64,000 nt of DNA from Actinomycetes bacterium (GTDB taxonomy: Bacteria; Actinomycetota; Thermoleophilia; Solirubrobacterales; Solirubrobacteraceae). A program made the position numbers and the translations under genes. The notes beneath the pieces are model-generated. The model was given only the letters and a program-made list of their open reading frames with translations. It made no database searches and was not told the DNA's origin. Of the stretch, positions 1-9,188 are shown one piece after another. Each line of letters opens with the position of its first letter. Within the stretch, counting starts at the first letter, position 1. The stretch is from NCBI GenBank assembly GCA_021820105.1, contig JAKAED010000001.1, forward strand, positions 11,534 through 75,533, written 5' to 3'.

Positions 1-207
1 GTCATGGGCGACGATGCTGACCGCAGGGCCACGCTGGAGGGACTCGCGGCGGCGCACGGTTTCCTGCAGGGCCGCATCTCCAGCGCGCTGCGGCTCAAGC
101 ACACGCCGTCACTGACCTTCGACTACGACGAGTCAGTGGATCGCGGCATGCGGATCTCCCAGCTGCTGGACGAACTGCCGCCACGGCCGGAGCACGACGA
201 TGAGTAG
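1..207 (+). CDS. rbfA: Ribosome-binding factor A (5'-truncated by window edge)
   Basis: C-terminal RbfA motif 'GFLQGRI...LRLKHTPSLTFDYDES'; lies before DHH-truB-ribF. Confidence 0.9.
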   Translation, partial: VMGDDADRRATLEGLAAAHGFLQGRISSALRLKHTPSLTFDYDESVDRGMRISQLLDELPPRPEHDDE

Positions 208-1261
208 CGTTCGACAGGAGGATGCCGCGCCAGCCGGGCGTGCGCCTGTGCTCGAAGCGCTTCGGGCTGCCGGCAAGGCGGTTGTGGTGACACATGAGCA
301 CCCGGATGGCGACGCGCTCGGTTCGTTGATCGCGATGCAACATGTGCTCGCTGCGGTGGGCTGTGACGCCGCGATGTTCATCGCTGAGAGCGACCTTCCA
401 CTCCCCTACGAGTACCGCTTCCTGCCGCTTGACGGCCTCATCTCAGAGGCACCGGCAGACCTCGAGGAACGAACCGTGGTCTTTCTCGACTGCGGCAACA
501 TCGACCGCAACCCTGGGGCTGAGCGTCTGCGCCCGAGCGCGGGATGGGGCCAGATCGTGAACATCGACCACCACCACGACAACACGCGGTTCGGGACCGT
601 CAACTATGTCGACGCCACCGCTTCGTGCACTGCGGAGATGGTCTGGGAGCTCGCGCACGAACTGGGGGTGGATCTCACGCCGGCGATTGCGAGCGCGCTC
701 TACGTCGGTCTGATCACCGACACAGGCTGCTTCATGTACAGCAACACAGGCCCGCGAGCCCACCTGATGGCAGCCGAGCTGATCGATGCAGGCGTTGACG
801 TCCACGCCATCTACCAGCAGGTCTATGAGGGGGTTCCCTTTGGCAAGCTCGCACTGCTCGCACGTGGCCTGGCAAACGCCGAACGCTTTGACGACGGACG
901 TCTGACCGCCTCGCGCTTGAGCGCCGAGGATTTCGCCAGCGCGGGTGCGGAGGAGAGCTATTCAGAGGGCGTTATCGACCATCTGCGAGCCGTTCGCGGC
1001 ACCGCAATGGCAGCGCTCGCGCGGGACCGGCTCAGCGCATCGGGCCGCCCGCCCGAGGATGACGGTGGTACGCGGCTGCAGAAGGTGTCGCTCCGGGCCT
1101 CAGATATGCGGGTTGATGTCTCAGCGATTGCTCGTGCCCAGGGTGGGGGAGGACACCGCGCCGCCGCCGGGTTCAGCACCTCCATGAGCTGGCAGGAGCT
1201 GGTCGAGTTCCTGCGCGCCCAGCTGAGCGAGCAGCTCGACGACAGGCAGCCCAGCGAGTGA
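200..1261 (+). CDS. nrnA: DHH-family bifunctional oligoribonuclease/pAp phosphatase
   Basis: HEHPDGDALGS, FLDC, NIDHH, TDTG and GGGGH motifs; between rbfA and truB. Confidence 0.9.
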   Translation: MSSVRQEDAAPAGRAPVLEALRAAGKAVVVTHEHPDGDALGSLIAMQHVLAAVGCDAAMFIAESDLPLPYEYRFLPLDGLISEAPADLEERTVVFLDCGNIDRNPGAERLRPSAGWGQIVNIDHHHDNTRFGTVNYVDATASCTAEMVWELAHELGVDLTPAIASALYVGLITDTGCFMYSNTGPRAHLMAAELIDAGVDVHAIYQQVYEGVPFGKLALLARGLANAERFDDGRLTASRLSAEDFASAGAEESYSEGVIDHLRAVRGTAMAALARDRLSASGRPPEDDGGTRLQKVSLRASDMRVDVSAIARAQGGGGHRAAAGFSTSMSWQELVEFLRAQLSEQLDDRQPSE

Positions 1262-1917
1262 GCGCTTCCGGCTCCGCGGCCGATGGTCTGCTGCTCTGCG
1301 ACAAGCCGGCCGGAATCACCTCACACGACGTGGTGCTGCAGGCACGCCGCCGGCTCGGGCGTGGCGTCAAGGTCGGACATGCCGGTACGCTCGATCCGTT
1401 CGCGACCGGACTGCTGATCCTGCTGGTCGGACGCGCCACCCGGGTGCAGCGCTTCGTCATGTCGTTGCCCAAGCGGTACATCGTGACCGCGCGCTTCGGT
1501 GCAATTTCCACCACCGGCGACCCTGAGGGCGAGCTCACCGAAACCGGGGTCATCCCGGAGGGTGACCTGAACCTCCCCACCGGTGTGATCAGGCAGCGGC
1601 CGCCCGCCTACTCCGCTGTGAAGATCGGTGGCCAGCGCGCCTACAAGCTTGCGCGCGCGGGTGAGACGTTCGAACTGCCTGAGCGCGAGGTCGCCGTCTA
1701 CCGGTTTGAGGAGACCCGTCGCGAAGGCGCGGAGCGGGACTTCGTGATCGAGTGTTCGTCCGGCACCTACGTGCGCTCGCTCATAGGCGACCTCGGCGAC
1801 GCCTACTGCACGGCACTACGCAGAACACGCATCGGGGACTTCGACGTGGAGGAGGCCGATGCGGAGCGCCTGCTCCCGTTGGAGCAGGCGCTCCGTCACA
1901 TCCCAGTCAACGGCTAG
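1258..1917 (+). CDS. truB: tRNA pseudouridine(55) synthase, compact form
   Basis: DKPAGITSHDVV, KVGHAGTLDPFATG, PPAYSAVK, CSSGTYVRSL. Confidence 0.93.
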   Translation: MSASGSAADGLLLCDKPAGITSHDVVLQARRRLGRGVKVGHAGTLDPFATGLLILLVGRATRVQRFVMSLPKRYIVTARFGAISTTGDPEGELTETGVIPEGDLNLPTGVIRQRPPAYSAVKIGGQRAYKLARAGETFELPEREVAVYRFEETRREGAERDFVIECSSGTYVRSLIGDLGDAYCTALRRTRIGDFDVEEADAERLLPLEQALRHIPVNG

Positions 1918-1930
1918 CCTTCCACACGCA

Positions 1931-2809
1931 ATGCGGGTCACTGCTCTCAAAGACGTTGAACGCCGACCACGGCGTGTAGCAGTGGGCGAGTTCGACGGCG
2001 TCCACATCGGGCACCGCGAGGTGATCGCAGGTAACGACACGGTGCTGACCTTCGAACCGCACCCGGCACTGGTGCTGAAGCCCGACCACGGACCACGGCT
2101 CCTCACCAGCCTCGACCTGAAGATCGAGCTGGTTGAGGAACTCGGGGTGGAGGAATTGGTGGTTGTTGACTTTGACGAGCAATTTGCCCACCAGGCCGCC
2201 GCCGAGTTCATCAATCGGGTGCTGGTTGATCAGCTTGCGGCGACACACGTCTCCGTCGGAGACAACTTTCGCTTCGGACACGCCGCGCTCGGGAATGTGC
2301 TGGAGCTGCAGGAGGACAATCGATTTGAGACGCGGGTGGTGCCGCTCGTCGAGGTCGATGGTGTGCCGGTGTCGTCCACGCGCATCCGGGCGCTGATCGC
2401 GGCCGGTGAGGTGGCTGATGCCGAACGCCTGCTGGGAGCACCCTTCCGGATTCGCGGTGAGGTCGTGCCCGGCGACCGTCGTGGTCGCCAACTCGGCTTT
2501 CCCACCGCCAATATCGTGCCGGACCCGAAGCTGGCCTGCCCGCAGCACGGCGTCTACGCATGCAGGGTTGGCGAGCGGCCCGCCGCTGTGAACGTAGGCG
2601 TGCGGCCCACCTTCGGAGCAGACCTGAGGCCGCTGGTGGAGGCGTACCTGCTGGACTTTGACGGCGACCTGTACGGCCAACAGCTGACCGTGGAGTTCGC
2701 ACGGCGTCTGCGCGGCGAGGAGCGTTTCGTCAGCGTCGACGCGCTTGTCGCACAGATGGAGCGTGATGTCGAACGCACCCGTGAACTGCTAGGCTCGGGG
2801 GTCGAATGA
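1931..2809 (+). CDS. ribF: Bifunctional riboflavin kinase/FAD synthetase
   Basis: [33 protein letters not shown]; start placed at ATG 1931. Confidence 0.93.
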   Translation: MRVTALKDVERRPRRVAVGEFDGVHIGHREVIAGNDTVLTFEPHPALVLKPDHGPRLLTSLDLKIELVEELGVEELVVVDFDEQFAHQAAAEFINRVLVDQLAATHVSVGDNFRFGHAALGNVLELQEDNRFETRVVPLVEVDGVPVSSTRIRALIAAGEVADAERLLGAPFRIRGEVVPGDRRGRQLGFPTANIVPDPKLACPQHGVYACRVGERPAAVNVGVRPTFGADLRPLVEAYLLDFDGDLYGQQLTVEFARRLRGEERFVSVDALVAQMERDVERTRELLGSGVE

Positions 2810-3075
2810 GTCTTACACAGGAAAAGAAAGCCGAGCTCATCGAGAAGTTCGGCGACTCCCCGCAGGACACCGGCAAGCCGGAGGTCCAGATCGCGCTGCT
2901 CACCGAGCGGATCAACCAGCTGACCGACCACCTCCGGACACACCGGAAGGACCACCACTCGCGCCGTGGGCTGCTGATGCTGGTGGGCCAGCGCCGCAGA
3001 TTCCTGCGGTATCTGGAGCGTTCCGACCTCGAGCGGTACCGCTCGCTGGTCAAGGAACTCGGCCTGCGCAGGTGA
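2806..3075 (+). CDS. rpsO: 30S ribosomal protein S15
   Basis: 89 aa; [13 protein letters not shown]...[12 protein letters not shown]. Confidence 0.98.
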   Translation: MSLTQEKKAELIEKFGDSPQDTGKPEVQIALLTERINQLTDHLRTHRKDHHSRRGLLMLVGQRRRFLRYLERSDLERYRSLVKELGLRR

Positions 3076-3530
3076 GCCCGCTCGCCGCCGGGTCAGCGGT
3101 GCCTGAGTTCAGTCTTGGGGCCGCTGACCGACAGACCTTCACACAGGCGGATCTGGCCGGCCGGACGACCGTGCTGGTTTTCTACCCGTTTGCGTTCAGC
3201 CCTGTGTGCACCGACCAACTCAGCCTCTACGACGATCTGAGGGATGAGTTCGCGGCGCAGGGCGCCACGCTCTATGGCGTCTCCTGCGACTCAGTCTGGG
3301 CGCAGGCCGCGTTCAAGGAGAAGCTCGGAGTCCAGATCGAGCAACTGTCCGATTTCGAGCCCAAGGGTGCCGTGTGCCAGGCCTTTGGCGTGTACCACCC
3401 TGGCGGTTTCCCGCAGCGGGCGCTCGTGATCATCGGCCCTGACAGCAGGGTGAAGTGGAGCTATCAGGCCGACTCCCCCGGCGAGCTGCCTGGTGCGAAC
3501 CTGATCTTCGACGGGCTGCAGTCCGTCTGA
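3072..3530 (+). CDS. Peroxiredoxin (AhpC/TSA family, AhpE-like)
   Basis: [10 protein letters not shown] peroxidatic motif, [14 protein letters not shown], conserved Arg in QRA. Confidence 0.85.
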   Translation: MSPLAAGSAVPEFSLGAADRQTFTQADLAGRTTVLVFYPFAFSPVCTDQLSLYDDLRDEFAAQGATLYGVSCDSVWAQAAFKEKLGVQIEQLSDFEPKGAVCQAFGVYHPGGFPQRALVIIGPDSRVKWSYQADSPGELPGANLIFDGLQSV

Positions 3531-3564
3531 GGGCTGCCCGAATCGCCGAAGCAGCGGCGAGGCG

Positions 3565-4068
3565 ATGAGCGACCTGAGATCGGCAACCGTTCCGCCGATC
3601 GCGGAAGCCGACCATGTGCGTGGGCCGGCCACGGCCCCCGCGCTGATCCAGTACGGAGATCTTGAGTGCGCGTACTGCGCGCGACTCCATCTGGAGCTTG
3701 AGCAGTTGCGTGAGCGTCATCAGTTCCGGCTTGTCTTCCGCCACTTTCCGATCCGTTCCGCGCACCCGCGCGCCTGGGCCGCCGCCTGCGCGGTGGAAGC
3801 GGCTGGGCTGCAGAACCGTTTCTGGGAGATGCATGACGCGTTGCTCGGAGACCAGGCACACCTGGAGGACCCGCACCTGTGGAGGCTCGCCGAGGCTCTG
3901 GCCCTGAACGTGGCGCGCTTCGACCGGGACCGGCGCAGCAGTGAGGTGGGCGATCGCGTCATGCGCGACTTCCACGGAGGCGTACGAGCCGGGGTCGTGA
4001 CCGTCCCGACCATGTTCTGGGACGGGCGCGCGCTGGCTCCTGAGCAGCTTCGCTCAATCTTTGCGTAG
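3565..4068 (+). CDS. DsbA-like thioredoxin-domain protein
   Basis: DHVRG, YGDLECAYC (CxxC), FRHFP, FWEMHD, VPT. Confidence 0.85.
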   Translation: MSDLRSATVPPIAEADHVRGPATAPALIQYGDLECAYCARLHLELEQLRERHQFRLVFRHFPIRSAHPRAWAAACAVEAAGLQNRFWEMHDALLGDQAHLEDPHLWRLAEALALNVARFDRDRRSSEVGDRVMRDFHGGVRAGVVTVPTMFWDGRALAPEQLRSIFA

Positions 4069-4081
4069 GCGCTGCCGATCA
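4054..4081 (+). promoter_or_regulatory. Putative sigma28 (FliA/WhiG-type) promoter
   Basis: TCAA-N16-GCCGATCA directly upstream of an MCP gene; resembles TAAA-N15/16-GCCGATAA. Confidence 0.6.
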
Positions 4082-4136
4082 GACACTTATCAGGAGAAAT
4101 GTTGCCGGCTGACGCGGTGATGAAAGGAACTCAGAA

Positions 4137-5768
4137 GTGGTCTTGATCATGGACGAAACGCTGATGGACGAGCACGGCGCCTGGCCGCTCGGGACTCTGC
4201 GCAAGCGCGAGGACGAGGTCGGGCGACTCAGCGGAGCTTTCGCCGACTCGATCGACGACCTGGCGCTGGTGGTTTCCGAGTTCTCAGCCGGCGCAGCCCG
4301 CAGCTCAATCGCGATCTCGACGGTCAGCGATAAGGTCGAGCGACTCAGCACGCAGATCGCCGAGATCGCGCAGCGTGCCCAGTCGCTGACCGATTCCTCC
4401 CGGCAGATGGCTGCCTCGGCGACACAGGCTGCAGAGGTGGCGGCCGGGCTTGACCGGGAGAGTGAGGACGGCGCTCAGGTCCTGGGAAGGTTGATCGACG
4501 AGATGGGGAAGATCAACGAGACGGTCGCCCGCGTGCACGAGTTGGTGGCAGCGTTGAGTGCCAATGAGGTTTCGAGCATCGCGTCGTTCTCAGCCGTGAT
4601 TGAGGGCATCGCCAACCAGACCAAGCTGCTTGCGCTGAACGCTGCGATTGAGGCTGCGCGAGCGGGCGAGCACGGCAGAGGCTTTGCCGTGGTCGCCGCT
4701 GAGGTGGGGCGACTCGCCACCGAGACCGCCCAGCAGACGGCCCAGATTCGTGAGACCGTCACGCGCACCCGCACCCAGATGCAGGTGATTGAGGAGGCGG
4801 CCGGCTCCGCGCACGAGGTCGCACGGCAGGGCGCTGATGACGCTGACAGTGGGCGGGCGGTGCTTGAGCGGATTGCGGACATGGTGCAGCGCTCGACGGT
4901 CGCAACGACTGAGATCGCCACCCTCTCACAGGCGCAGATGGCAGATATCGAGGTCGTGGATGACAGCATCCAGGAGGTGGCGCACGGCAGCGTCGAGATC
5001 GATGAGCAGGCCCGCGCGGAGACACGGCGCCAGCGCGAACTGGCAGAGGGCACCGAGCGCGCATCTGACGTGCTCGCGCAGTTCGACACCGGCAGCAGGC
5101 TGTCAAACATCTGCACCCTGGCACGCGTTCTCTCAGAGCAGTTGCAGGAGGTCTTTGAGCAGGTGATCGACGATCGGCGTGTGACCCTGGACCAGGTTCT
5201 GCGTCTGCAGTACGAGGAGGCCAACACGCCGGTGAAGATCCAGCGCTTCTCCCGCCTCTTCGACGTCAGCCGTGCCGACCCATCGGGGTTCGATCCCCCG
5301 AAGTTCCACACCGCCTACGACGCGCTGGTGGACAGCAAGATGATGGAGTACATGGACGCCGTACTGCGCGCCGAGCCTGCGCTGGTGTTCGCGCTGCCGC
5401 TTGACCTCAACGCCTATGCCCCCGCGCACAACTCGATCGTGACCCAGCCGATCACCGGCGATCCTGAGGTCGACCTGGCCAGAAACCGGACCAAGCGCTT
5501 CTTCCTGGACTCCGCGCCACTCACACGCGGCGCGCGCATGGGACTCAGCCTGCCAGACCTGGAGTTGCGACCCTACACCCGCAGTGAGCTGCAGTCATAC
5601 GGCGGTCACCTCCGATGGATGCCACGCGACGGACACCACGTCCTGATCCAGACCTACATGCGTGACACCGGCGCTGTCCTGACGACGCTGAGCGTCCCGC
5701 TCTATGTGAAGGGCCAGCTCTACGGTTGCGTGAGTCTCGGCTGGAACCCGGACGACCTGTCCAAGTAG
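4137..5768 (+). CDS. Soluble methyl-accepting chemotaxis protein with C-terminal putative sensor domain
   Basis: Hairpin-tip motif [33 protein letters not shown]; no evident TM segment; about 220 aa C-terminal extension; AAAGGA RBS before the GTG. Confidence 0.9.
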   Translation: MVLIMDETLMDEHGAWPLGTLRKREDEVGRLSGAFADSIDDLALVVSEFSAGAARSSIAISTVSDKVERLSTQIAEIAQRAQSLTDSSRQMAASATQAAEVAAGLDRESEDGAQVLGRLIDEMGKINETVARVHELVAALSANEVSSIASFSAVIEGIANQTKLLALNAAIEAARAGEHGRGFAVVAAEVGRLATETAQQTAQIRETVTRTRTQMQVIEEAAGSAHEVARQGADDADSGRAVLERIADMVQRSTVATTEIATLSQAQMADIEVVDDSIQEVAHGSVEIDEQARAETRRQRELAEGTERASDVLAQFDTGSRLSNICTLARVLSEQLQEVFEQVIDDRRVTLDQVLRLQYEEANTPVKIQRFSRLFDVSRADPSGFDPPKFHTAYDALVDSKMMEYMDAVLRAEPALVFALPLDLNAYAPAHNSIVTQPITGDPEVDLARNRTKRFFLDSAPLTRGARMGLSLPDLELRPYTRSELQSYGGHLRWMPRDGHHVLIQTYMRDTGAVLTTLSVPLYVKGQLYGCVSLGWNPDDLSK

Positions 5769-5781
5769 GCTCCGCCGCGTT

Positions 5782-6378
5782 TCAGACAGGCAGTGGCGCG
5801 GGGCGCCCGCGCAGCGGCTTCGAGTAAGCCGGCGTCGTGAGGGCCGCCCTGATCAGGTCGAGGTGGCGGATGATCGTGTCCTGTGAGAGCGGCTGCTCAA
5901 CCGGCGCGAACATGCACAGCCCCTTGACCAACATCAGCATGTCGGTCGCCGTTGCCTCGGGCCGGATTGCCCCGGCCCGCTTGCCGCGCGCGAGCAGTGC
6001 GCCGAACAACTCCATCAGCGCAATGTGCGCGCGCTGCAACTCGGGCGCTTTGAACAGCTCATCCGTGGCGGCCTGCAGCAGTGCGCGGTTCTCCTCCTGG
6101 CGGGCGACCAGCCCGGCCAGGAAGGTGAAGGTGACCTCGGCGTCATCTGCATCGTGCTCGAGCAGGTCGCGGCCAAAGTCGAGCACTTCACTCAGCCGCT
6201 CGCCGAGCACAGCCGCGACCAGAGCGTCCTTGTTGGCGAAATTGCGAAACAGCGTGCCACGACCGACGCCGGCAGCGTCGGCGATCTCGCCGACGCTGAC
6301 CTCGACGCCGTGCTCGCGAAACATCGCGTCAGCCGCGGCCAAGAGCCGCTCACGGTTTCGCTGAGCGTCCTTCCTCAT
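5782..6378 (-). CDS. TetR/AcrR-family regulator
   Basis: MRKDAQRNRERLL...EIADAAGVGRGTLFRNF HTH; start placed at ATG 6378. Confidence 0.9.
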   Translation of the reverse strand: MRKDAQRNRERLLAAADAMFREHGVEVSVGEIADAAGVGRGTLFRNFANKDALVAAVLGERLSEVLDFGRDLLEHDADDAEVTFTFLAGLVARQEENRALLQAATDELFKAPELQRAHIALMELFGALLARGKRAGAIRPEATATDMLMLVKGLCMFAPVEQPLSQDTIIRHLDLIRAALTTPAYSKPLRGRPAPLPV

Positions 6379-6391
6379 CTGTAACAGTTTC

Positions 6392-7843
6392 TCACGCCGG
6401 GGTCGCGGCCGCCGCTGGGTCGAGCCTGACTCCCTCCAGATGTCGGCGGCGGAGCCAGAGAACCAGCAACACGGCACCGGCTCCCATCATGATCGCGGCT
6501 GCCAGGAAGGCCAGGTGATAGCCCGCGACCGTCGCCGCCAGCCGGCCGGTCGCGCTGTGCTGCAGAAGGCCCGTGGTGCGGTTCACGGAGAGCGTCGCGA
6601 GGATCGCCAGGCCCAGTGACCCGCCAACCTGCTGGGCGCTGTTGAACAAGCCAGAGGCCAGGCCCGCGTCCTGGTTCTCGACGCCGGAGGTTGCCAGCAG
6701 CGTCAGTGGCACGAACACGAGCCCCATACCGATTGACATGGGCACGAAGCTGACCAGCAGATCCGTCACGTAGCGCCCATGCACCGGCACCCTGGCCATC
6801 AGTAGGACACCGGCTGTGGCGAGCACCAGGCCAATGACCGACACGTTGCGGACTCCGAGGCGTCCGATGATCGCCTGTGCGATCCCGGCGCCGACGATGA
6901 TCCCCAGGGACAGGGGCAGGAAGGCAAAACCCGCCGTCAACGGGCTGTATTGCAGGATCTCCTGTGCGTACAGCGAGACGAAGAAGAACATCCCGAACAG
7001 GGCGGATGCAACGAGCATCATCACCGCATTGGCGGTGGCGATGGACCGGATCCGGAAGATGGACAGCTTCACCAGTGGTGCCGCGGAGCGTGCCTCCAGC
7101 AGCACAAAGAGCGCCAGCAGCGCGGCGCCGCCGCCGAGCGTCGCGAGCGTCTGAGCCGATCCCCAGCCCCAGGCCTGTGCCCTGACGATGCCGAAGACGA
7201 TCGCGAGCAGGCCAGCGGTCACAGTGGTGGCACCGATCGCGTCAAAGCGCCGATGTCCAAGGTCTGCGTGCGACTCGGGGACGTAGCGCAGCGCGAGCAT
7301 CACTGTGGCGATCCCGATGGGCACGTTCACAAAGAAGTTCCAGCGCCAGGAGACGAGGTCGGTCAGTACCCCTCCGACCAGGAGCCCGAAGGCCGCGCCG
7401 CCGGCCGCAATCGCCGACCAGACGCCCAGTGCGCGGGTCCGCTCGGCATTGTCCTGGAAGGTGGTCATGATGATCGATAGGGCTGCGGGGGAGACCAGAG
7501 CGCCACCCAGACCCTGCAGGCCACGCCCGAGAATCAGCATGGTTGAGCTCTGGGCCAGGCCGTTGAGCATCGAGGCTGCTGCGAACAGCGCCACCCCGAG
7601 CGTGAACAGGCGGCGCCTGCCGAGGAGGTCGGCCGCGCGGCCACCGAGCAGCAGGAACCCGCCGAAGATGAGCGTGTAGGCGTTGATCACCCACTGCAGG
7701 TTCGCCGGAGCGAAGTGAAGCCCGCGCTGCACCGACGGCAGGGCCACGTTCACGACCGTGTTGTCCAGCACGACCATGAACTGCGCGAGGCAGGCGATCA
7801 CCAGCACGAGCCAGCGGTTCGATGTTGATGAGTCTGTGCTCAA
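6392..7843 (-). CDS. DHA2 (EmrB/QacA) MFS efflux transporter
   Basis: QFMVVLDNTVVNVALP, GGRAADLLGRRR, WRWNFFVNVPIG; TTG start after AGAAAGG. Confidence 0.9.
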   Translation of the reverse strand: MSTDSSTSNRWLVLVIACLAQFMVVLDNTVVNVALPSVQRGLHFAPANLQWVINAYTLIFGGFLLLGGRAADLLGRRRLFTLGVALFAAASMLNGLAQSSTMLILGRGLQGLGGALVSPAALSIIMTTFQDNAERTRALGVWSAIAAGGAAFGLLVGGVLTDLVSWRWNFFVNVPIGIATVMLALRYVPESHADLGHRRFDAIGATTVTAGLLAIVFGIVRAQAWGWGSAQTLATLGGGAALLALFVLLEARSAAPLVKLSIFRIRSIATANAVMMLVASALFGMFFFVSLYAQEILQYSPLTAGFAFLPLSLGIIVGAGIAQAIIGRLGVRNVSVIGLVLATAGVLLMARVPVHGRYVTDLLVSFVPMSIGMGLVFVPLTLLATSGVENQDAGLASGLFNSAQQVGGSLGLAILATLSVNRTTGLLQHSATGRLAATVAGYHLAFLAAAIMMGAGAVLLVLWLRRRHLEGVRLDPAAAATPA

Positions 7844-7871
7844 GGTTTGCCTTTCTTTCTTGATGTGAAGT

Positions 7872-7922
7872 GGACCGGTGGGTCCGGTTAGCTTAACACA
7901 AACGGACCAGTGGGTCCGGTTA
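7872..7922. promoter_or_regulatory. Two TetR-type operator palindromes upstream of the MFS-tetR operon
   Basis: GGACCGGTGGGTCCGGTTA (7872-7890) and GGACCAGTGGGTCCGGTTA (7904-7922), each GGACC-N4-GGTCC, 32 bp apart; minus-strand TAAGCT between them. Confidence 0.75.
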
Positions 7923-8052
7923 TGCGGAGAAGGGGGTGCGGCAGGGCGGTCAGGCTCAGCAGGGGGCGAAATTGCCCGCAATTTGCGAGCGAGGACAGCC
8001 GTGCGGCCTCAGGAGGGGGGTCAACGCCGCGGTCTTCAGGCCTCTATCGAAC

Positions 8053-9018
8053 ATGAGCGATTCCAGGGTCCTGCGGGCAGGCGTCAGAAATGACCCGCAG
8101 AGGGTCAAAATCGACGGAAGCTCGGACGCGGCCGTTGCCGTCAATGTTGCGGTCGCCGAGCTTGCCCGTCGTCAGGGCGGTCACGTCACGAGGCAGCAAC
8201 TGCTCTCACTGGGAATGGGGTCGCGAGCGATCCAATCACGGCGCGAGCGCGGTTGGTTGATCCGGGTCTATCCAGGCGTGTACGCGGTGGGTCGGTTGTC
8301 GATGAACCCGCTGGATCGAGCGCAGGCGGCACTGCTCGCGGCCGGGCCCAGGAGCGCGTTGTGCGGCCACTCCGCGGCGGCTTACTGGGCGCTGCATCGC
8401 AAGTGGCGCGCGCCGTTCGAGCTGATCAGCGCGGCGCGCTGTCGGATCAACGGGCTGAAGGTGAGGGAGTGCGGGACGCTGCTGCCACGCGATCTCCACC
8501 ATGCCGGCGGTTTACGCGTAACCAGTCCAGCCCGAACGCTGCTGGACATGGCGCCCGTCACGGCGGAGCACATGCTGCATCGTTTCCACAATGAGCTGCG
8601 CATGCGGCGTCTGATCCGCAACGAGCAGTTGGTGGACGTGGTTGACCGAAACCCCAACCACAGGGGCGTGAGCCACCTGCGCCGGTTGGCGGGGGTCAGT
8701 GGCGGTGAGCCCAAACGCTCTGTGCTGGAACTGGACTGGGAGCGATTCGCGTGCCGCCACGCGCTTGGGCCGTACGAGATGAATGTGCTTGTCGCAGGGC
8801 AGCGTGTTGACGTGCTGTTCACTCCGGCCAGGCTCGTGATCGAGTTGGATGGCTGGGGGACGCACGGCACCCGTCACGCATTTGAGCAAGACCGCGATCG
8901 TGACTCGGAGCTGCTCGCGCGTACGGGCATCCCGACGATGCGCATCACTCACGACGGGCTCCACCGGCGAGCTTCGGATCAGGCGAGCAGGATCCGGGCG
9001 GTGCTCGCGCGCCGGTGA
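8053..9018 (+). CDS. AbiEi-like N-terminal domain + DUF559-like (PD-(D/E)xK-type) domain protein
   Basis: LARRQGGHVTRQQL, LIRVYPGVY, VTSPARTLLD, S.LE, VDVLF..RLVIELDG..H, DRDRD; start uncertain. Confidence 0.75.
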   Translation: MSDSRVLRAGVRNDPQRVKIDGSSDAAVAVNVAVAELARRQGGHVTRQQLLSLGMGSRAIQSRRERGWLIRVYPGVYAVGRLSMNPLDRAQAALLAAGPRSALCGHSAAAYWALHRKWRAPFELISAARCRINGLKVRECGTLLPRDLHHAGGLRVTSPARTLLDMAPVTAEHMLHRFHNELRMRRLIRNEQLVDVVDRNPNHRGVSHLRRLAGVSGGEPKRSVLELDWERFACRHALGPYEMNVLVAGQRVDVLFTPARLVIELDGWGTHGTRHAFEQDRDRDSELLARTGIPTMRITHDGLHRRASDQASRIRAVLARR

Positions 9019-9120
9019 GGCGCCGGCCTGCGACTGCCGTGTCATGTCCGTCCTGCGCGGCGCGCCGCCGTGCTTGATCCTGCAAAGGGGCTGCAATTGC
9101 CCCCACCCGCTAGGATCAGG

Positions 9121-9172
9121 TCCGTTCGGTTTAGAGAGACAAAGCGAAGGACTCCGCCGACCGAAGGCGGAG
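9121..9172 (+). promoter_or_regulatory. Structured pnp 5' leader (candidate)
   Basis: Hairpin CTCCGCC-GACCGAA-GGCGGAG (9152-9172) and imperfect hairpin 9121-9151; TAGGAT -10 at 9111-9116. Confidence 0.5.
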
Positions 9173-9188
9173 CAGAAGGGAATTACAT

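Noticed and set aside
7872-7922. Direct repeats as a mini-CRISPR (also 50563-50613)
   Set aside because: Only two short copies with 13-15 nt between them and no cas genes; better explained as TetR operators.
8047-8062. TCGAAC half-site at the AbiEi-like gene start as a possible SOS box
   Set aside because: The second half is not GTTC.
3072-9018. Accessory block as a genomic island or mobile element
   Set aside because: No integrase, transposase, tRNA or flanking direct repeats seen, and no obvious compositional shift.
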